A DNA stretch of 64,000 nucleotides, from NCBI GenBank assembly GCA_951406725.2, contig OX597837.1:16988001-17052000 (forward strand), read 5' to 3'. Source of the stretch: Octopus vulgaris (Eukaryota). This document shows positions 47,877 to 61,061 of the stretch, piece by piece; positions within the stretch are counted from its first letter, which is position 1; every line of letters starts with the position of its first letter. The position numbers and the translations under genes are program-made. Under the pieces are notes generated by a model. The model saw only the letters and a list, made by a program, of their open reading frames with translations, did no database searches and was not told the origin of the DNA.

Positions 47877-50800
47877 AAAGCTGAATAACCAACAACAAAA
47901 GTAAAACCTGAACAAGCATCAACAAAGTAAAAGCTGAAGATCCAACAACAAAAGTAAAAGCTGAAGAACCATCAACAGCATTAAAAGCCGACTAACAAAC
48001 AACAACAGTAAAATCAGAAGAACCAATAAAACAATAAAAGCTGAAGAACCAACAACAACAGTAAAAGCGGAAGAACCAACAACAACAGTGAAAGCTGAAG
48101 AACCAACAACAACAGTAAAAGCTGAAGAACCAACAACAACAGTAAAAGCTGAAAAACAAACAACAACAGTAAAATCCGAAGAACCAACAACAGTAAAAGC
48201 TGAAGAACCAACAACAGTAAAAGCTGAAGAACCGACATCAACAGCAAAAGCTGAAAACCAAACGACAACAGTAAAAGCAGAAGAACCATCAACAACAGTA
48301 AAACCTGAAGAACCATCAAGAGCTGTAAAATCTGATGAACCAAGTACAACAGTACAAGGTAGAAGAGCCAACGACAAGAGTAAAAACTGAAGAAACAACA
48401 ATAACAGTAAAAGCTGAAGCACAAACAACAACAGTAAAAAACAAGGTTGTTCTTCAGTGATTCTTCAGAGTTGTTGTTAATTTCTTCAGCTTTTACTGTC
48501 AACAACAGTAAAAGCTGAAAAACAAACAACAGTAAAAGCTGAAGAGCCAACAACAACAGTAAAACTGAAAAACCAACAACAACAGTAAAAGCTGAAGAAC
48601 CAGCAACAACATTAAAAGATGAATAACCAACAACAACAGTAAAATCTGAAGAACCATCAACAACAGTAAAAGCTGAATAACCAACAACAACAGTAAAAGC
48701 TGAATAACCAACAACAACAGTAAAAGCTGAAGAACCAACAACAGTAAAAGCTGAAGAAGCAAGAACAACAGAATAACCGGCAACATTAAAAGCTGAATAA
48801 CAACAACAGTAAAATCTGAAGAACCATCAACAACAGTAAAAGCTGAAGAACCAATAACAGCTGAAGAACCTGAAGAAACATACCAACAACAGTAAAAGCT
48901 GAAGGACCAACGACAACAGTAAAAGCTGAATAACCAACAACAACAGTCAAAGCTGAAGAACTAACAACAACAGTAAAATCTGAAGAACCAACAAAACAGT
49001 AAAAGCTGAAAACAAACGACAACAGTAAAAGCTGAAGAACCAAACGAAAAATAGTAAAAGCTGAAGAACCAACAAAAATAGTAAAAGCTGAAGAACCAAC
49101 AACAACAGTAAAATGAAGTACCAACGACAAAAGTAAAAGCTGAAGAACCAACAGTAAAATCTGAAGTACCAACGACAGCAGTAAACGCAGAATAACTGTT
49201 GTTGGTTCTTCGGCTTTACAGTTCTTCTTTTACTGTGTTGCTGGTCTTCAGATTTTACTGTTGTTGATGTTCTTCAGATTTTACTGTTGTTCTTGGTTAA
49301 GCTTTTACTGTTGTTGTTGTTATTCAGCTTTTACTGTTGTTATTGGTTATTCAGTTTTACTCTTGTCGTTGGATCTTCTACCTTGTACTGTTGTACTTGG
49401 TTCATCAGCTTTTACTGCTCTTGATGGTTCTTTAGGTGTTACTGTTATTGATAGTTTTTCAGGTTTTACTGTTGTTATTGGTTTTTCAGATTTTACTGTT
49501 GTTGTTGTTCTTCAGCTTTACTGTATGTTACTTCTTCAGCTTTTACTATTGTTGATTCTTCAGACTTTTCAGTCGTTGTTACTTCTTCAGCTTTTACTGT
49601 TGTTATTGGTTCTTTAGCTTTTACTGTTGTTGTTGGCTTTAGCTTTCACTGTTGTTATTGGTTTGTAAAAGCTGAAAAACAAACAACAACAGTAAAAGCT
49701 GAAGAGCCAATAACAACAGTGAAAGCTGTAGAACCAACAACAACAGTAAAAGCTGAAGAACCAGCAACAACAGTAAAAGCAGAAGAACCAGCAACAACAG
49801 CAAAAGCTGATGAACCAACAACAGTAAAAGCTGAAGAAGCAAGAACAACAGTAAAAGCTGAAAACCAAACGACAACATTAAAAGCTGAATAACAAACAAC
49901 AGTAAAATCTGAAGAACCATCAACAACAGTAAAAGCTGAAGAACCAACAACAGTTAAAGCTGAAGAACCAGCAGAAGTAAGAGCTGAAGAACCAACAACA
50001 ACAGTAAAAGCTGAATAACCAACAACAAAAGTTAAACCTGAACAAACATCAACAAAGTAAAAGCTGAAGAACCAACAACAAAAGTAAAAGCTGAAGAACC
50101 ATCAACAGCATTAAAAGCCGAATACAAACAACAACAGTAAAATCTGAAGAACCAATAAAACAGTAAAAGCTGAAGAACCAACAACAACAGTAAAAGCTGA
50201 AGAACCAACAACAACAGTAAAAGCTAAAAAACAAACAACAACAGTAAAAGCTGAAGAGCCAACAACAACAGTAAAAGCTGAAGAACCAACAACAACAGTA
50301 AAAGCCGAAGAACCAACAACAGTAAAAGCTGAAGAACCAGCAACAACAGTAAAATCTGAAGAACCAATAAAACAGTAAAAGCTGAAGAACCAACAACAGT
50401 AAAACCTGAAGAACCAACAACAACAGTAAAATCTGAAGAACCAGCAACAATAGTAAAAGCTGAAGAAGCAACAACAGTAAAACTGTTGTTACCGGCAACA
50501 ACAGTAAAAGCTGAAAACCAAACGACAACAGTAAAAGCAGAAGAACCATCAACAACAGTAAAACCTGAAGAACCAACAACAGTAAAATTTGAAGAACCAA
50601 GAACAAAAGTAAAAGCTGAAGAACCAACAACAGTAACACCTAAAGAACCATCAAGAGCTGTAAAATCTGATGAACCAAGTACAACAGTACAAGGTAGAAG
50701 AGCCAACGACAAGAGTAAAAACTGAAGAAACGACAATAACAGGAAAAGCTGAAGCACAAACAACAACAGTAAAAAACAAAAGAAACAACAACAGCAAAAT

Positions 50801-52654
50801 CTGAAGAACCAACAACGAGAGTAAAGGCTGATGAACCAACAAAAACAGTAAAAGCTGAAGAACCAACAACAACAGTAAAAGCTGAAGAACCAACAACAAC
50901 AGTAAAGGCTGATGAACCAACAAAAACAGTAAAAGCTGAAGAACCAACAACAACAGTAAAAGCTGAAGAACCAACAACAACAGTAAAGGCTGATGAACCA
51001 ACAATAACAGTAAAAGCTGAAGCACAAACAAGAACAGTAAAAAACAAAAGAAACAACAACAGCAAAAGCTGAAGAACCAACAACGAGAGTAAAGGCTGAT
51101 GAACCAACAAAAACAGTAAAAGCTGAAGAAGCATCAACAACAGTAAAATCTGAAGAACCAACAACAACAGTAAAAGCTGAAGAACCAACAACAACAGTAA
51201 AATCTGAAGAACCAACAACAACAGTAAAGGCTGATGAACCAACAAAAACAGTAAAAGCTGAAGAACCAACAACAACAGTAAAATCTGAAGAACCAACAAC
51301 AACAGTAAAGGCTGATGAACCAACAAAAACAGTAAAAGCTGAAGAACCAACAACAACAGTAAAAGCTGAAGAACCAACAACAACAGTAAAATCTGAAGAA
51401 CCAACAACAACAGTAAAAGCTGAAAAACAAACAACAGTAAAAGCTGAAGAGCCAACAACAACAGTAAAAGCTGAAAAACCAACAGCAACAGTAAAGGCTG
51501 ATGAACCAACAAAAACAGTAAAAGCTGAAGAAGCATCAACAACAGTAAAATCTGAAGAAACATCAACAACAGTAAAAGCTGAAGAACCAACAACAACAGT
51601 AAAATCTTAAGAGCCAACAAAAACAGTAAAAGCTGAGGAACCAACAACAACAGTAAAAGCTGAAGAACCAACAACAACAGTAAAATCTGAAGAACCAACA
51701 ACAACAGTAAAAGCTGAAGAACCAACAACAACAGTAAAAGCTGAAGAACCAACAACAACAGTAAAAGCTGAAGAACCAACAACAACAGTAAAATCTGAAG
51801 AACCAACAACAACAGTAAAAGCTGAAAAACAAACAACAGTAAAAGCTGAAGAACCAACAACAACAGTAAAATCTGAAGAACCAACAACAACAGTAAAGGC
51901 TGATGAACCAACAAAAACAGTAAAAGCTGAAGAACCAACAACAACAGTAAAATCTGAAGAACCAACAACAACAGTAAAGGCTGATGAACCAACAAAAACA
52001 GTGAAAGCTGAAGAACCAACAACAACAGTAAAAGCTGAAGAACCAACAACAACAGTAAAATCTGAAGAACCAACAACAACAGTAAAAGCTGAAAAACAAA
52101 CAACAGTAAAAGCTGAAGAGCCAACAACAACAGTAGAAGCTGAAGAATCAACAAGAACAGTAAAAGCTGAAGAACCAGCAACAACCTTAAAATATGAATA
52201 ACAAACAACAACAGTAAAATCTGAAGAACCATCAACAACAGTAAAACCTGAAGAACCATTAACAACAGTTAAAGCTGAAGAACCAACAACAACAGTAAAA
52301 CCTGAAGAAACCAACAACAGTAAAAGCTGAAGAAGCAAGAACAACAGTAAAAGCTGAATAACCGGCAACATTAAAAGCTGAATAACAAACAACAGTAAAA
52401 TCTGAAGAACCATCAACAATAGTAAAAGCTGAAGAACCAACAACAGTAAAACCTGAAGAAACATCAACAACAGTAAAAGCTGAAGAACCAACAACAAAAG
52501 TAAAAGCTGAAGTACCATCAACAGCATTAAAAGCCGAATAACAAACAACAACAGTAAAATCTGAAGAACCAATAAAACAGTAAAAGCTGAAGAACCAACA
52601 ACAGTAATGTCTGAAGAACCATGAACAATAGTAACATCTGAAGAACCAACAACA
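47877..52654. repeat. Second array of the same 24/27-bp repeat
   Basis: Same unit; reverse blocks at ~48445-48498, ~49196-49665 and ~50482-50490. Confidence 0.95.
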
Positions 52655-53594
52655 AGCAGAAATGACCGTATCGCATTGTATCTTCCACTGTAACACACAT
52701 AAATCACTGGTTTTATCACATTCTATTGCTGTATCAATGAGATATCTCTTAGTTTCAAACTAACTGAATGTTTGAATGAAACTGACTGATTCTAAGGTCG
52801 TATCGTACAGCATCCATCACTGCATCAATGACAGCCTCAGCTTCTATCTGTGGTTCTTACAAATTGTATCAGTGACTCTATCAAATTCATGAAGTAACTG
52901 CATCAATGATTGTATCAAACTGTATCAAATGCATTATCAAACTGACTGAATGTCCATATCAAACGGTATCAAACAAGGTGTGTATAGTTGTATTAATGGT
53001 TGTATCAGCATTACTGTCACGTGTCTCAAACACATGGCAGTAATACCTGCATCAAGAGTATTCAATGCTGTATCAAACAGTTTGATGTATCAAACAGTAA
53101 CGATGCCTCTGTTAAATAGGATCAATGCCTGTATCGAACAATAACAAAGCCTCTAAGAACTTGTATCAAAAAATCGATGACATTATGGAACTATCAATCT
53201 ATACAGCTGGTTATGTAAATCTCAGTATTCCTGACTGATTCACGCTGTATCATGTGTCCTATCAAATTGATTTTAATGGCTAGAGGAAATCGATTCAATA
53301 GTTGAATCAACCTGATGGAAAGACTTTATCAAACTATGTAAATGATTGTAACATCAGGTTGTTTCAAAATTCTATCACTGACAGTATGAAACTGTACCAA
53401 TGATTATTAATTACACGATCGAAATGGTTCAATGGCTGTCGAAAGCTGTGCTAAACTGTTTCAAACCTGCATTAATTACTGAGGCAAACTGATTCCATGG
53501 ATGTGTATTTGTGTGTCAGTGTGCTTCCAGACATTTCTTTACGTATGTATTTATATATCGCGTCCAGATTGTAAAGAACTACTCACTTACGTAT

Positions 53595-54600
53595 CCAACT
53601 AATATAGGAATGGAATTTGGTCAGAAGAAATGTTTTTATTTAATTGTCAAACGGGGAGAATCAGTCCCCCAGACACAAATCCTGTGCATCCAATTGTCTG
53701 TCTATCTCTCCTGTCCCACAGAATCAATTCTACAAGTATCTAGGCACTGATGAAAAAATATCATACGAAGATATTGTGAATAAAGCTAGAGTGACCCAAG
53801 AATATTATACCAGAGTAAGAAAAATATGGCAGTCTGAACTCTCTTCTTACAAAAAGGCAATATCCTACAATGCATTGGCAGTACCAGTGCTGATTCCAAC
53901 ATTTGGGATACTCGACTGGTTTGTAGAATGAATCCTCTCCATAAACATTAAAACCCACAAGATTCTAACATCTCCACAAAATAATAATATTGAGTAGCTC
54001 TATCTAAGAAGAGACAAAGGAAGTACGGGCTTGAGATGGGTGCAGACAGCCTTCGAATATCAGATAGTCTCTTTGAGGCTGCACTTGCTAAACAACAGCC
54101 ACAAAAATAAATGCATTTAGTTCCGAAAAGTGGAGAAAACAATATCTTATGTGATAGAAGTGAGCTCCTCAGGAACTACTCTGTACCTGATGACCTTCCA
54201 TACAACTTCAAATCAGTCGGACTAGCATACCTCAAAGAATACCTCAGCATACCAAAAAATATCATGCATAAGTATGTTTCTTGACAACGTGAAGATAACA
54301 GTAACATTGAGATGAAGCGAAGCCTTTCTTGACCTCGTGACTGCTACATCACATCACATTTCGATGGTTATGCATTTGCAATCCAAGAACATGAGACTGC
54401 TACTAAATACCTAATTAACAGTGAAACCCTTGGAGTTCCAAGATGCAACCGTAAATGTAGATTCATGCGGAAGATATCACACAATTATGATTAGCAGTTT
54501 CCCAAAAATGTCATCAAGGTGCTACCACGCTATGCGACATGACGCTGTCGCAAAAACAATATACAATGTCATTCGGAAAAGAAAAAACACTATACTAGAA
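53595..54600 (+). mobile_element. Duplicate of the R4/Dong-type LINE fragment
   Basis: Near-identical to 43935-44950. Confidence 0.8.
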
Positions 54601-54918
54601 TAAATATGGAGAATCTGCTTATTAAATTTGTACACAAATATCAATACAAGGGAAACTGCTGGAACATTTCCCATCAACACAGGCGCTAAAGACAAAAATC
54701 CCAAATTTTACATATTCCCCTTCTACCAATGTAAAGACGGAATCACCACACAAGAGAGAATTAACGAGGAGAATCTTTTTATTGAAAAATTCAAATATGC
54801 AAACTCCTCGTTGATCATACTTCTTTTTTCTACCTTATTCTTCATGGATGGACTAATACAAATATATAAGGATATCATGCAGTCATCACTTCAAGCTAAA
54901 ACTTATATTCTTTATTTA

Positions 54919-55013
<95 letters not shown>

Positions 55014-55548
55014 TTTATTATATATGACATAACAATCTGAAATGTAATTATAAATTGGTTTATGTAAATTTATATAATTAGAAAACAATATAAATTAAGT
55101 GTTAAAATCTGAATGTTAAGTTAGCAAACAATTATATATAAAAAAAGATAATGCAAATGAAGCTAAAATGATAATTTTATAATTTAAAGTTTATTAACAC
55201 CCTTTATTACGAAAAATTGATAACCCCAATTAAAGAGCTTAAAACCCCACAGAGTTGTCGCCCCTTACTCACAGGAACTGGATAACTACTTCCTGGTTTG
55301 ACATTCATTTAACAGACATCCTAAATTAAATTAAAGAGCACATGGATTTAATCACATGGATCTCAATCCTCCAAGGTAGTTTTTTCAAGAACTATCTTTG
55401 AACTCGGGATACACAAAAAATTTACAATGTATCGGTGTACCTATTTTTTAATTTTTGTATATGTTTATTATTATTTTTTTGCAAAAAACAATGTAATTTT
55501 CTTTTTTCCCCCTCCTCAATCATAAAAATGTTTTTCTTTTCACCTTAC

Positions 55549-55590
55549 AATTCTTGAAAAGTCACATTGTGACGAAAACCGGTTTGAATT
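55549..55590 (+). ncRNA. Duplicate minimal hammerhead (U3-A8 variant)
   Basis: Identical to 45890-45931. Confidence 0.75.
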
Positions 55591-55740
55591 AATATATATA
55601 TATTTTGTTAATTTTTCAAAATTTTCCATACACCCATTTTCATTAAAATTTACCTTCAATTCTGCCATTTTATAATTTTTCCTTGCCTATCATTTCTCCA
55701 CGTGCGGTCAACACAACCCCATCATTTATTGATTTATATA

Positions 55741-55808
<68 letters not shown>

Positions 55809-55891
55809 GGTCCCGGGTTGATTCGGGGTTAACCACAGTAAATAAGGTACTCAATACATAGCAGAGTAAAATTAATTTATTATATAGAAGG

Positions 55892-55942
55892 AGCTTCTAC
55901 AGGACTAGAACTGTTTCATTCAAGAGAAATCATCAGGAAGCT
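55892..55942 (-). ncRNA. Duplicate type I hammerhead
   Basis: Identical to 46223-46273. Confidence 0.75.
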
Positions 55943-56143
55943 AGTTAACAAGAATTGTATTGGCATTTATACATTGAGGCAGGTTTAAAGGGGGTGGGGG
56001 GGACTTTTTGGGGGTAGGCATAGCGCAAAAATATCATACTTGGGGGAGTGGTCAAGGAGTCAGTGGTAAAATAGATAAAAGAATAAATAAAAGAATAAAT
56101 AAAATAAAAGAATAAAAAAATATATAGAAAAATATATAGAAGA

Positions 56144-56174
<31 letters not shown>

Positions 56175-56487
56175 CAAATTGAGATAGGGGTTGTAAATGC
56201 ATGGGATAACATATATCCAATATACTGCTAGTGAAGTACCCAACCAAGTTAATACATAAATGTTAAGAATTGCGATGCAATTAATTCATTTATTGTATTA
56301 TATGGGCAAAGGTAAAATGTTTTACCACGAATTCAAAATAAAAAATAAGAAAATGGAGAAATACAACCAAATCAAGTATCAATTACCAGATAATACCCAA
56401 TCACATACTTTATTAAACCACCACATAAGATACTTTAATGTCAAACATATAAATATATTTATATTTACTTATATTTATATTCTCTTA

Positions 56488-57342
56488 CTAGCAGAATTGC
56501 CCGGCGTTGCTCGGGGCTGAATTACTTGAAAGTACTGTTAATGATTGCACTGAATGATGATGATTATTCAGGCAAATATTGATATAAGTTTACGCTGGGA
56601 GATAAGGACTTAACGATCAAACGTGTGCCATTGCATTGTTTTGGGGGAACCAAATTTCTGATGAGCATTATAGGGGCACCAACTTTAAGTTTGAGAATGT
56701 GTGGTGGTAGTCCGGGGTGCTCAAAGGAATTGAGTACCTCTATTGGATAGTTGATGACGTCCTCTGGGTCAGTAGTTGTATCGATAGACTGATATACATA
56801 GACTTCCCCAGGAATGAGTTTTAGCATTTCATCATTAATATGGTGAACAGTTTTATTCCTAGGGGCCAGTATAGTCTTTTTGTGCGAGTTCTGTAGTCCA
56901 ATCCATATTCTGATAATTAGCTTGTAGATCTTGGAACACTGCATCTCTGAGATCAGAAGGCGTCTTAACAATGGTACAAATGGAATCGATGGCAATATTA
57001 CCATTTTCATCCCCTGGTATTTTGCCTTCGCCAAGTGCAATGAGGGTGTGAGGAAATGCTGCTGATGTGATATTACGTCGCATATGAGCACGCATATTGG
57101 TGTGAAGTTTGAGAGTTACTTCCCTTAATTTAAAAAAATGCATTAAAATGGGAAAAAATGATGGTAAATTATTTGTAAAATCGTAGACTCATCGTAGACG
57201 CGCGCTAATACCCAGAAGGGCTCGATATGAATCACGACTATAAGATACTCGGTTTTGGTTAAACTGCATCGCAAAATGTGGGAGTAGTTAGGAATCTAAA
57301 TCGGAGTAGACAGACACACAACCTTTCTTTTATATATAAAGA
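56488..57342 (-). mobile_element. Duplicate non-autonomous Helitron with helicase fragment
   Basis: Same TC..hairpin-CTAG ends and A^T site; ORFs 56859-57143 and 56564-57091. Confidence 0.92.
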
Positions 57343-57698
57343 TTTTCGTCCTAAAAAACTTTGTATGGAGTGAATGGTTACCTCTATGGAAATATATACA
57401 CACACGTTATACATACATGTGTGCATAGATGAATATATAAATACATTTAAATATCTATATACACTTTTGGGCGATCTTTCTGCTTCTTAGAGATAACTTT
57501 AGATGTTATTTTCGTCCTAAAAACTTTGTGCGGAGTGAATGGTTACCTCTATGGAAATATATACACACACATTATACATACATGTTTGTATAGATGAATA
57601 TATAAATACATTTAAATATCTATATACACTTTTGGGCGATCTTTGTGCTTCTTAGAGATAACTTTAGATGTTATATTCGTCCTAAATAACTTTGTATG
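57343..57698 (+). repeat. ~166-bp tandem repeat, about 2.2 copies
   Basis: TTCGTCCTAAAAACTTTGT.. recurs at ~57345, ~57511 and ~57676; about 1.2 copies at 47674-47876. Confidence 0.85.
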
Positions 57699-57883
57699 AA
57701 TTGAAAAAGAAAATGAATTGAACTTCTAAAAGAAAGGAATTTGTTTACGTACATGTGTAAAATGGCAAATGTTTGTGCAATTGTCCGATGGAACTGATGT
57801 ATTATAATGAATAGTCCTTCTTCTTGTGAATATTAATTTGATTAATATGAACTGAAAACCAGTGGTGTAGCATAGGTGATCTT

Positions 57884-58653
57884 CTAGCAAAAAGGATGAC
57901 CAGTCTGAATGGGTCATCCCTGTCACACACACACACACACGCACCCTCACACACACGCACACACACACACACACACAGAGACACACACGCACACACACAC
58001 ACACACACAGAGACACACACGCACACACACACACACACGTTAGCTTACAATGTCTGTCAACAATTGACACTGTCGTATATATTAGCGTGTCTATGTGTCT
58101 AAAGAGGAAGTGGGAGTAATAGGCAGAGTAAAGGCTTCAAAGTGAAATGTTAAAATATTGAGTTTTCTCGAATTTTGTCTTAATTGGGGGTGAAATTGAA
58201 AGAAATTTTGTATGGCATGACCCAATGGAAGTTCTTTGAAAAATCATAGGTAAAGTCTAATTGAAGAAATTGTGTGAGGAGTAAATCGTTATGTATTTAT
58301 TTGTTTCTGTTTGCTGCTTTTTTTTGAGTAGTGTTGTAAGGTAGACTTGCAAAGAGAAAGTCGTAGAAATGAGAGTGATAGCGTGAGTGAATCAGATCGC
58401 TCCCTTTTTGTGTGTGTGTGTGTGCGAGTTCTGTAGCCCACACTAAGAAATGCATTTGACTTATACAACACAATGTGAGTTTTCTCTAAATTTTGCTTAA
58501 TTGGGGTTGAAATTTTAAAATCTGGACCTGGCATGACCCGATGCATTCTACTCTTAAAAATGCTAGGTAAATTGTAATTGAAGAAATCCTATATTGTAGA
58601 TTTCTATAAGATACAAAGGGAGGCAGATAAAATCTGCCTTTTATAATAAGAGA
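57884..58653 (-). mobile_element. Non-coding Helitron-like element containing a compound (CA)n microsatellite
   Basis: Minus-strand 5' A|TCTCTTATTATAAAAGG with hairpin AGGCAGAT-AAA-ATCTGCCT, and 3' hairpin GGATGACC..GGTCATCC followed by CTAG. The base after CTAG is A rather than T. Confidence 0.7.
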
Positions 58654-58821
58654 TACCTATTGTAATTATTGTATCACATTACTCCTTTATGTACACTGTT
58701 TTGTTCTACATTATTATGTTTGACATTAAAGTCTCTTATGTGGTGGTTTAATAAAGTATGTGATTGGATATTATCTGGTAATTGATATTTGATTTGGTTG
58801 TATTTCTCCATTTTCTTATTT

Positions 58822-58823
<2 letters not shown>

Positions 58824-58904
<81 letters not shown>

Positions 58905-58924
58905 GTATGTATTTATATATATAT
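58824..58924. repeat. (TA)n microsatellite
   Basis: AT run; a second run lies at ~59282-59338. Confidence 0.9.
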
Positions 58925-59196
58925 AAAATTAGAAAGAACCCCTTTTTATCAATTCAAAATGAACAATTAAATTACACCATCTAGAAAATTAAATATAGTA
59001 GAAATATTAAAATTAAAATAATAATAAAATACCAATGATACATGTTTTTATCATTTTTTTTGCAATTTACTTAATCATTTTACTTAAAAATTTATTGTTA
59101 TTTTAATTTTAATATGTCTATTATATGTAATTTTCTAGATGGTGTAATTTAATTGTTCATTTTGAATTGATAAAAGGGGGTTCTTTCTAATTTTAT
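58923..59196. repeat. Inverted repeat, ~106-bp arms and ~62-bp spacer
   Basis: 58923-59028 is the reverse complement of 59091-59196 with about 5 mismatches. Confidence 0.9.
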
Positions 59197-59277
59197 GTAT
59201 ATATATTGTGTGAAATTTGATTTAGTATTTCTAAATTGAATTTTTTCCCTGTAAGTTAGGATTAATATTCCCTCAAA

Positions 59278-59340
<63 letters not shown>

Positions 59341-59605
59341 TTTATATCATTATATTATTATATGATTGAACGCCTCGCATCCTCTTCCAAGTAAGTTTTA
59401 TATGTATATATATGCTCATGTACAAATAATATATGTATATAAAATTAAAGAATGTGAATATATATTCTTATACACATACAAATATATATATACACATATA
59501 TATTTATACCCCTCTATACATACATATCTTAATCCTTAAATCCTTTAAAATGTTTTATCCCTAAGGCCGCGGCCATGCTGGGGCACCACCGCTGAATGAG
59601 CTACA

Positions 59606-60826
59606 CTAATATGTGAATCCACCTCTGATACGTGGCACTTGATCAACAAGGGAGTTCGATGCTGCTGCCCGCATCTGCGTCTCCTGTCGTGAGGTAGGTT
59701 CATCTGGGACTCCCGACAAAAAGAGATCCAGTTTAGTTTCAAAGAAACCCACATCCACACCATGTAAGTCTCTCAGGCATTTAGGGAGGATGTTAAAGAG
59801 CTGTGGTCCTCTGAAACCCAAGCTGTTGCAGTATCTGGACCTGTATTTTGATGGTGATGTTGGAATCTTTGGCACCATGCAGTGGCGCCCCGTTCTGCGG
59901 TTGGGGTAACTTTGAATGCCAAAGTTTGGTACAAGACCCTCCAGGATTTTCCAGATGTATATCACTGTATATCTCTCCCGCTTCCGCTCTAGGGAGAAGA
60001 GGTTTAATACTTTCAGTCTTTCCCAGTAGCTGATATTTTGCATTGAGACGATTTTCTTTGTGTAGCTTCTCTGAATTGCTTCGAGTTCTGCTGTTAGTTT
60101 TATATTGTGTGGTGACCACAGTTGGGAGCAGTAGTCCAAGCGGCTGAGGACGAATGTTTTCCATAGGACCATCAGTGTCTCCTTCTCTCTTGTTCTGAAA
60201 GTTCGGAGAATCCATCCAGCTAGCCGTCTGCATTTTATCACCAGATTAGTAATATGCACTTGGAAAGATGCATCATTGCTCATGTCAATGCCCAGGTCAC
60301 GTACTGATTTTGACTCAGGGATTGCAATTCTTCCTGGGCCAGTGTATCCAGTCTGCACGTCGTTTACCTTTGTGTGCCGGTAGCGCAAGGCCTGGAACTT
60401 ACCTGCATTAAACTGCATGTTGCTGTCCCACCTGTATATTGTGTCCAACTCCTGTTGCAGATGCGCAATATTTTCAGGGTTTTGTATTGTGTGAGAGACT
60501 TTTGTGTCATCTGCATAGCTAGCAAGGGTGGCCATCGTAGCAACTGAAGGCATGTCTGAAAGGGCCACTATGAACATCAGTGGCCCCAAGACAGTGCCCT
60601 GTGGGACACCGCTTGTTATTTGTGTTTCCTTGGAGGTGCCTCCATTGCTCACAACTGCCTGTCTTCTGTCTTTTAGGAAGTTGTGCAGCCACTCTCCAAG
60701 TTTTCCGCCTATGCCGAGACCACGCAGTTTGTGACATATCATACCATGGTCGACTTTATCAAAGGTTTTTGCAAAGTCGAGATATATTACATCCACATTT
60801 GAGCCAATTAGTAGCTGTTTCAACAC
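59606..60826 (-). pseudogene. LINE ORF2 reverse transcriptase, longest open segment (406 aa)
   Basis: RT motifs as above; separated from upstream ORF2 pieces by frameshifts. Confidence 0.9.
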
Positions 60827-61061
60827 CCAGTTGCAAGAGCTGTGTTAGGCAGCCTCTACCTGGTCTAAATCCATGCTGGATGTCAGACAGCAAGTCATTT
60901 TCTTCAAGGAACATGATTGGTTTCTTACGGACTATTCGTTCCATGACTTTGCTGATGTGTGAGGTCAGAGAGATAGGCCTATAATTTTAGCATCTGCTCT
61001 GCTACCTCCCTTATGGATAGGGCATATTACCCCCTCTTTCAATTTGACTTGCAAGAAAACT

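Larger units (their letters stand above)
47877..57545 (+). repeat. Copy 2 of the ~9.7-kb tandem duplication
   Basis: At junction GAATGGTTA|AAAGCTGAATAACC the sequence restarts the text found at ~37987. Confidence 0.85.

Noticed and set aside
11358-52719. Many long ORFs (poly-Leu, TVVVGSSAF, FFSFYCC; up to 541 aa) as membrane proteins
   Set aside because: They are the three frames of the T-rich repeat strand, which lacks stops by composition. They overlap each other, mostly start at TTG/GTG and swap frames at indels.
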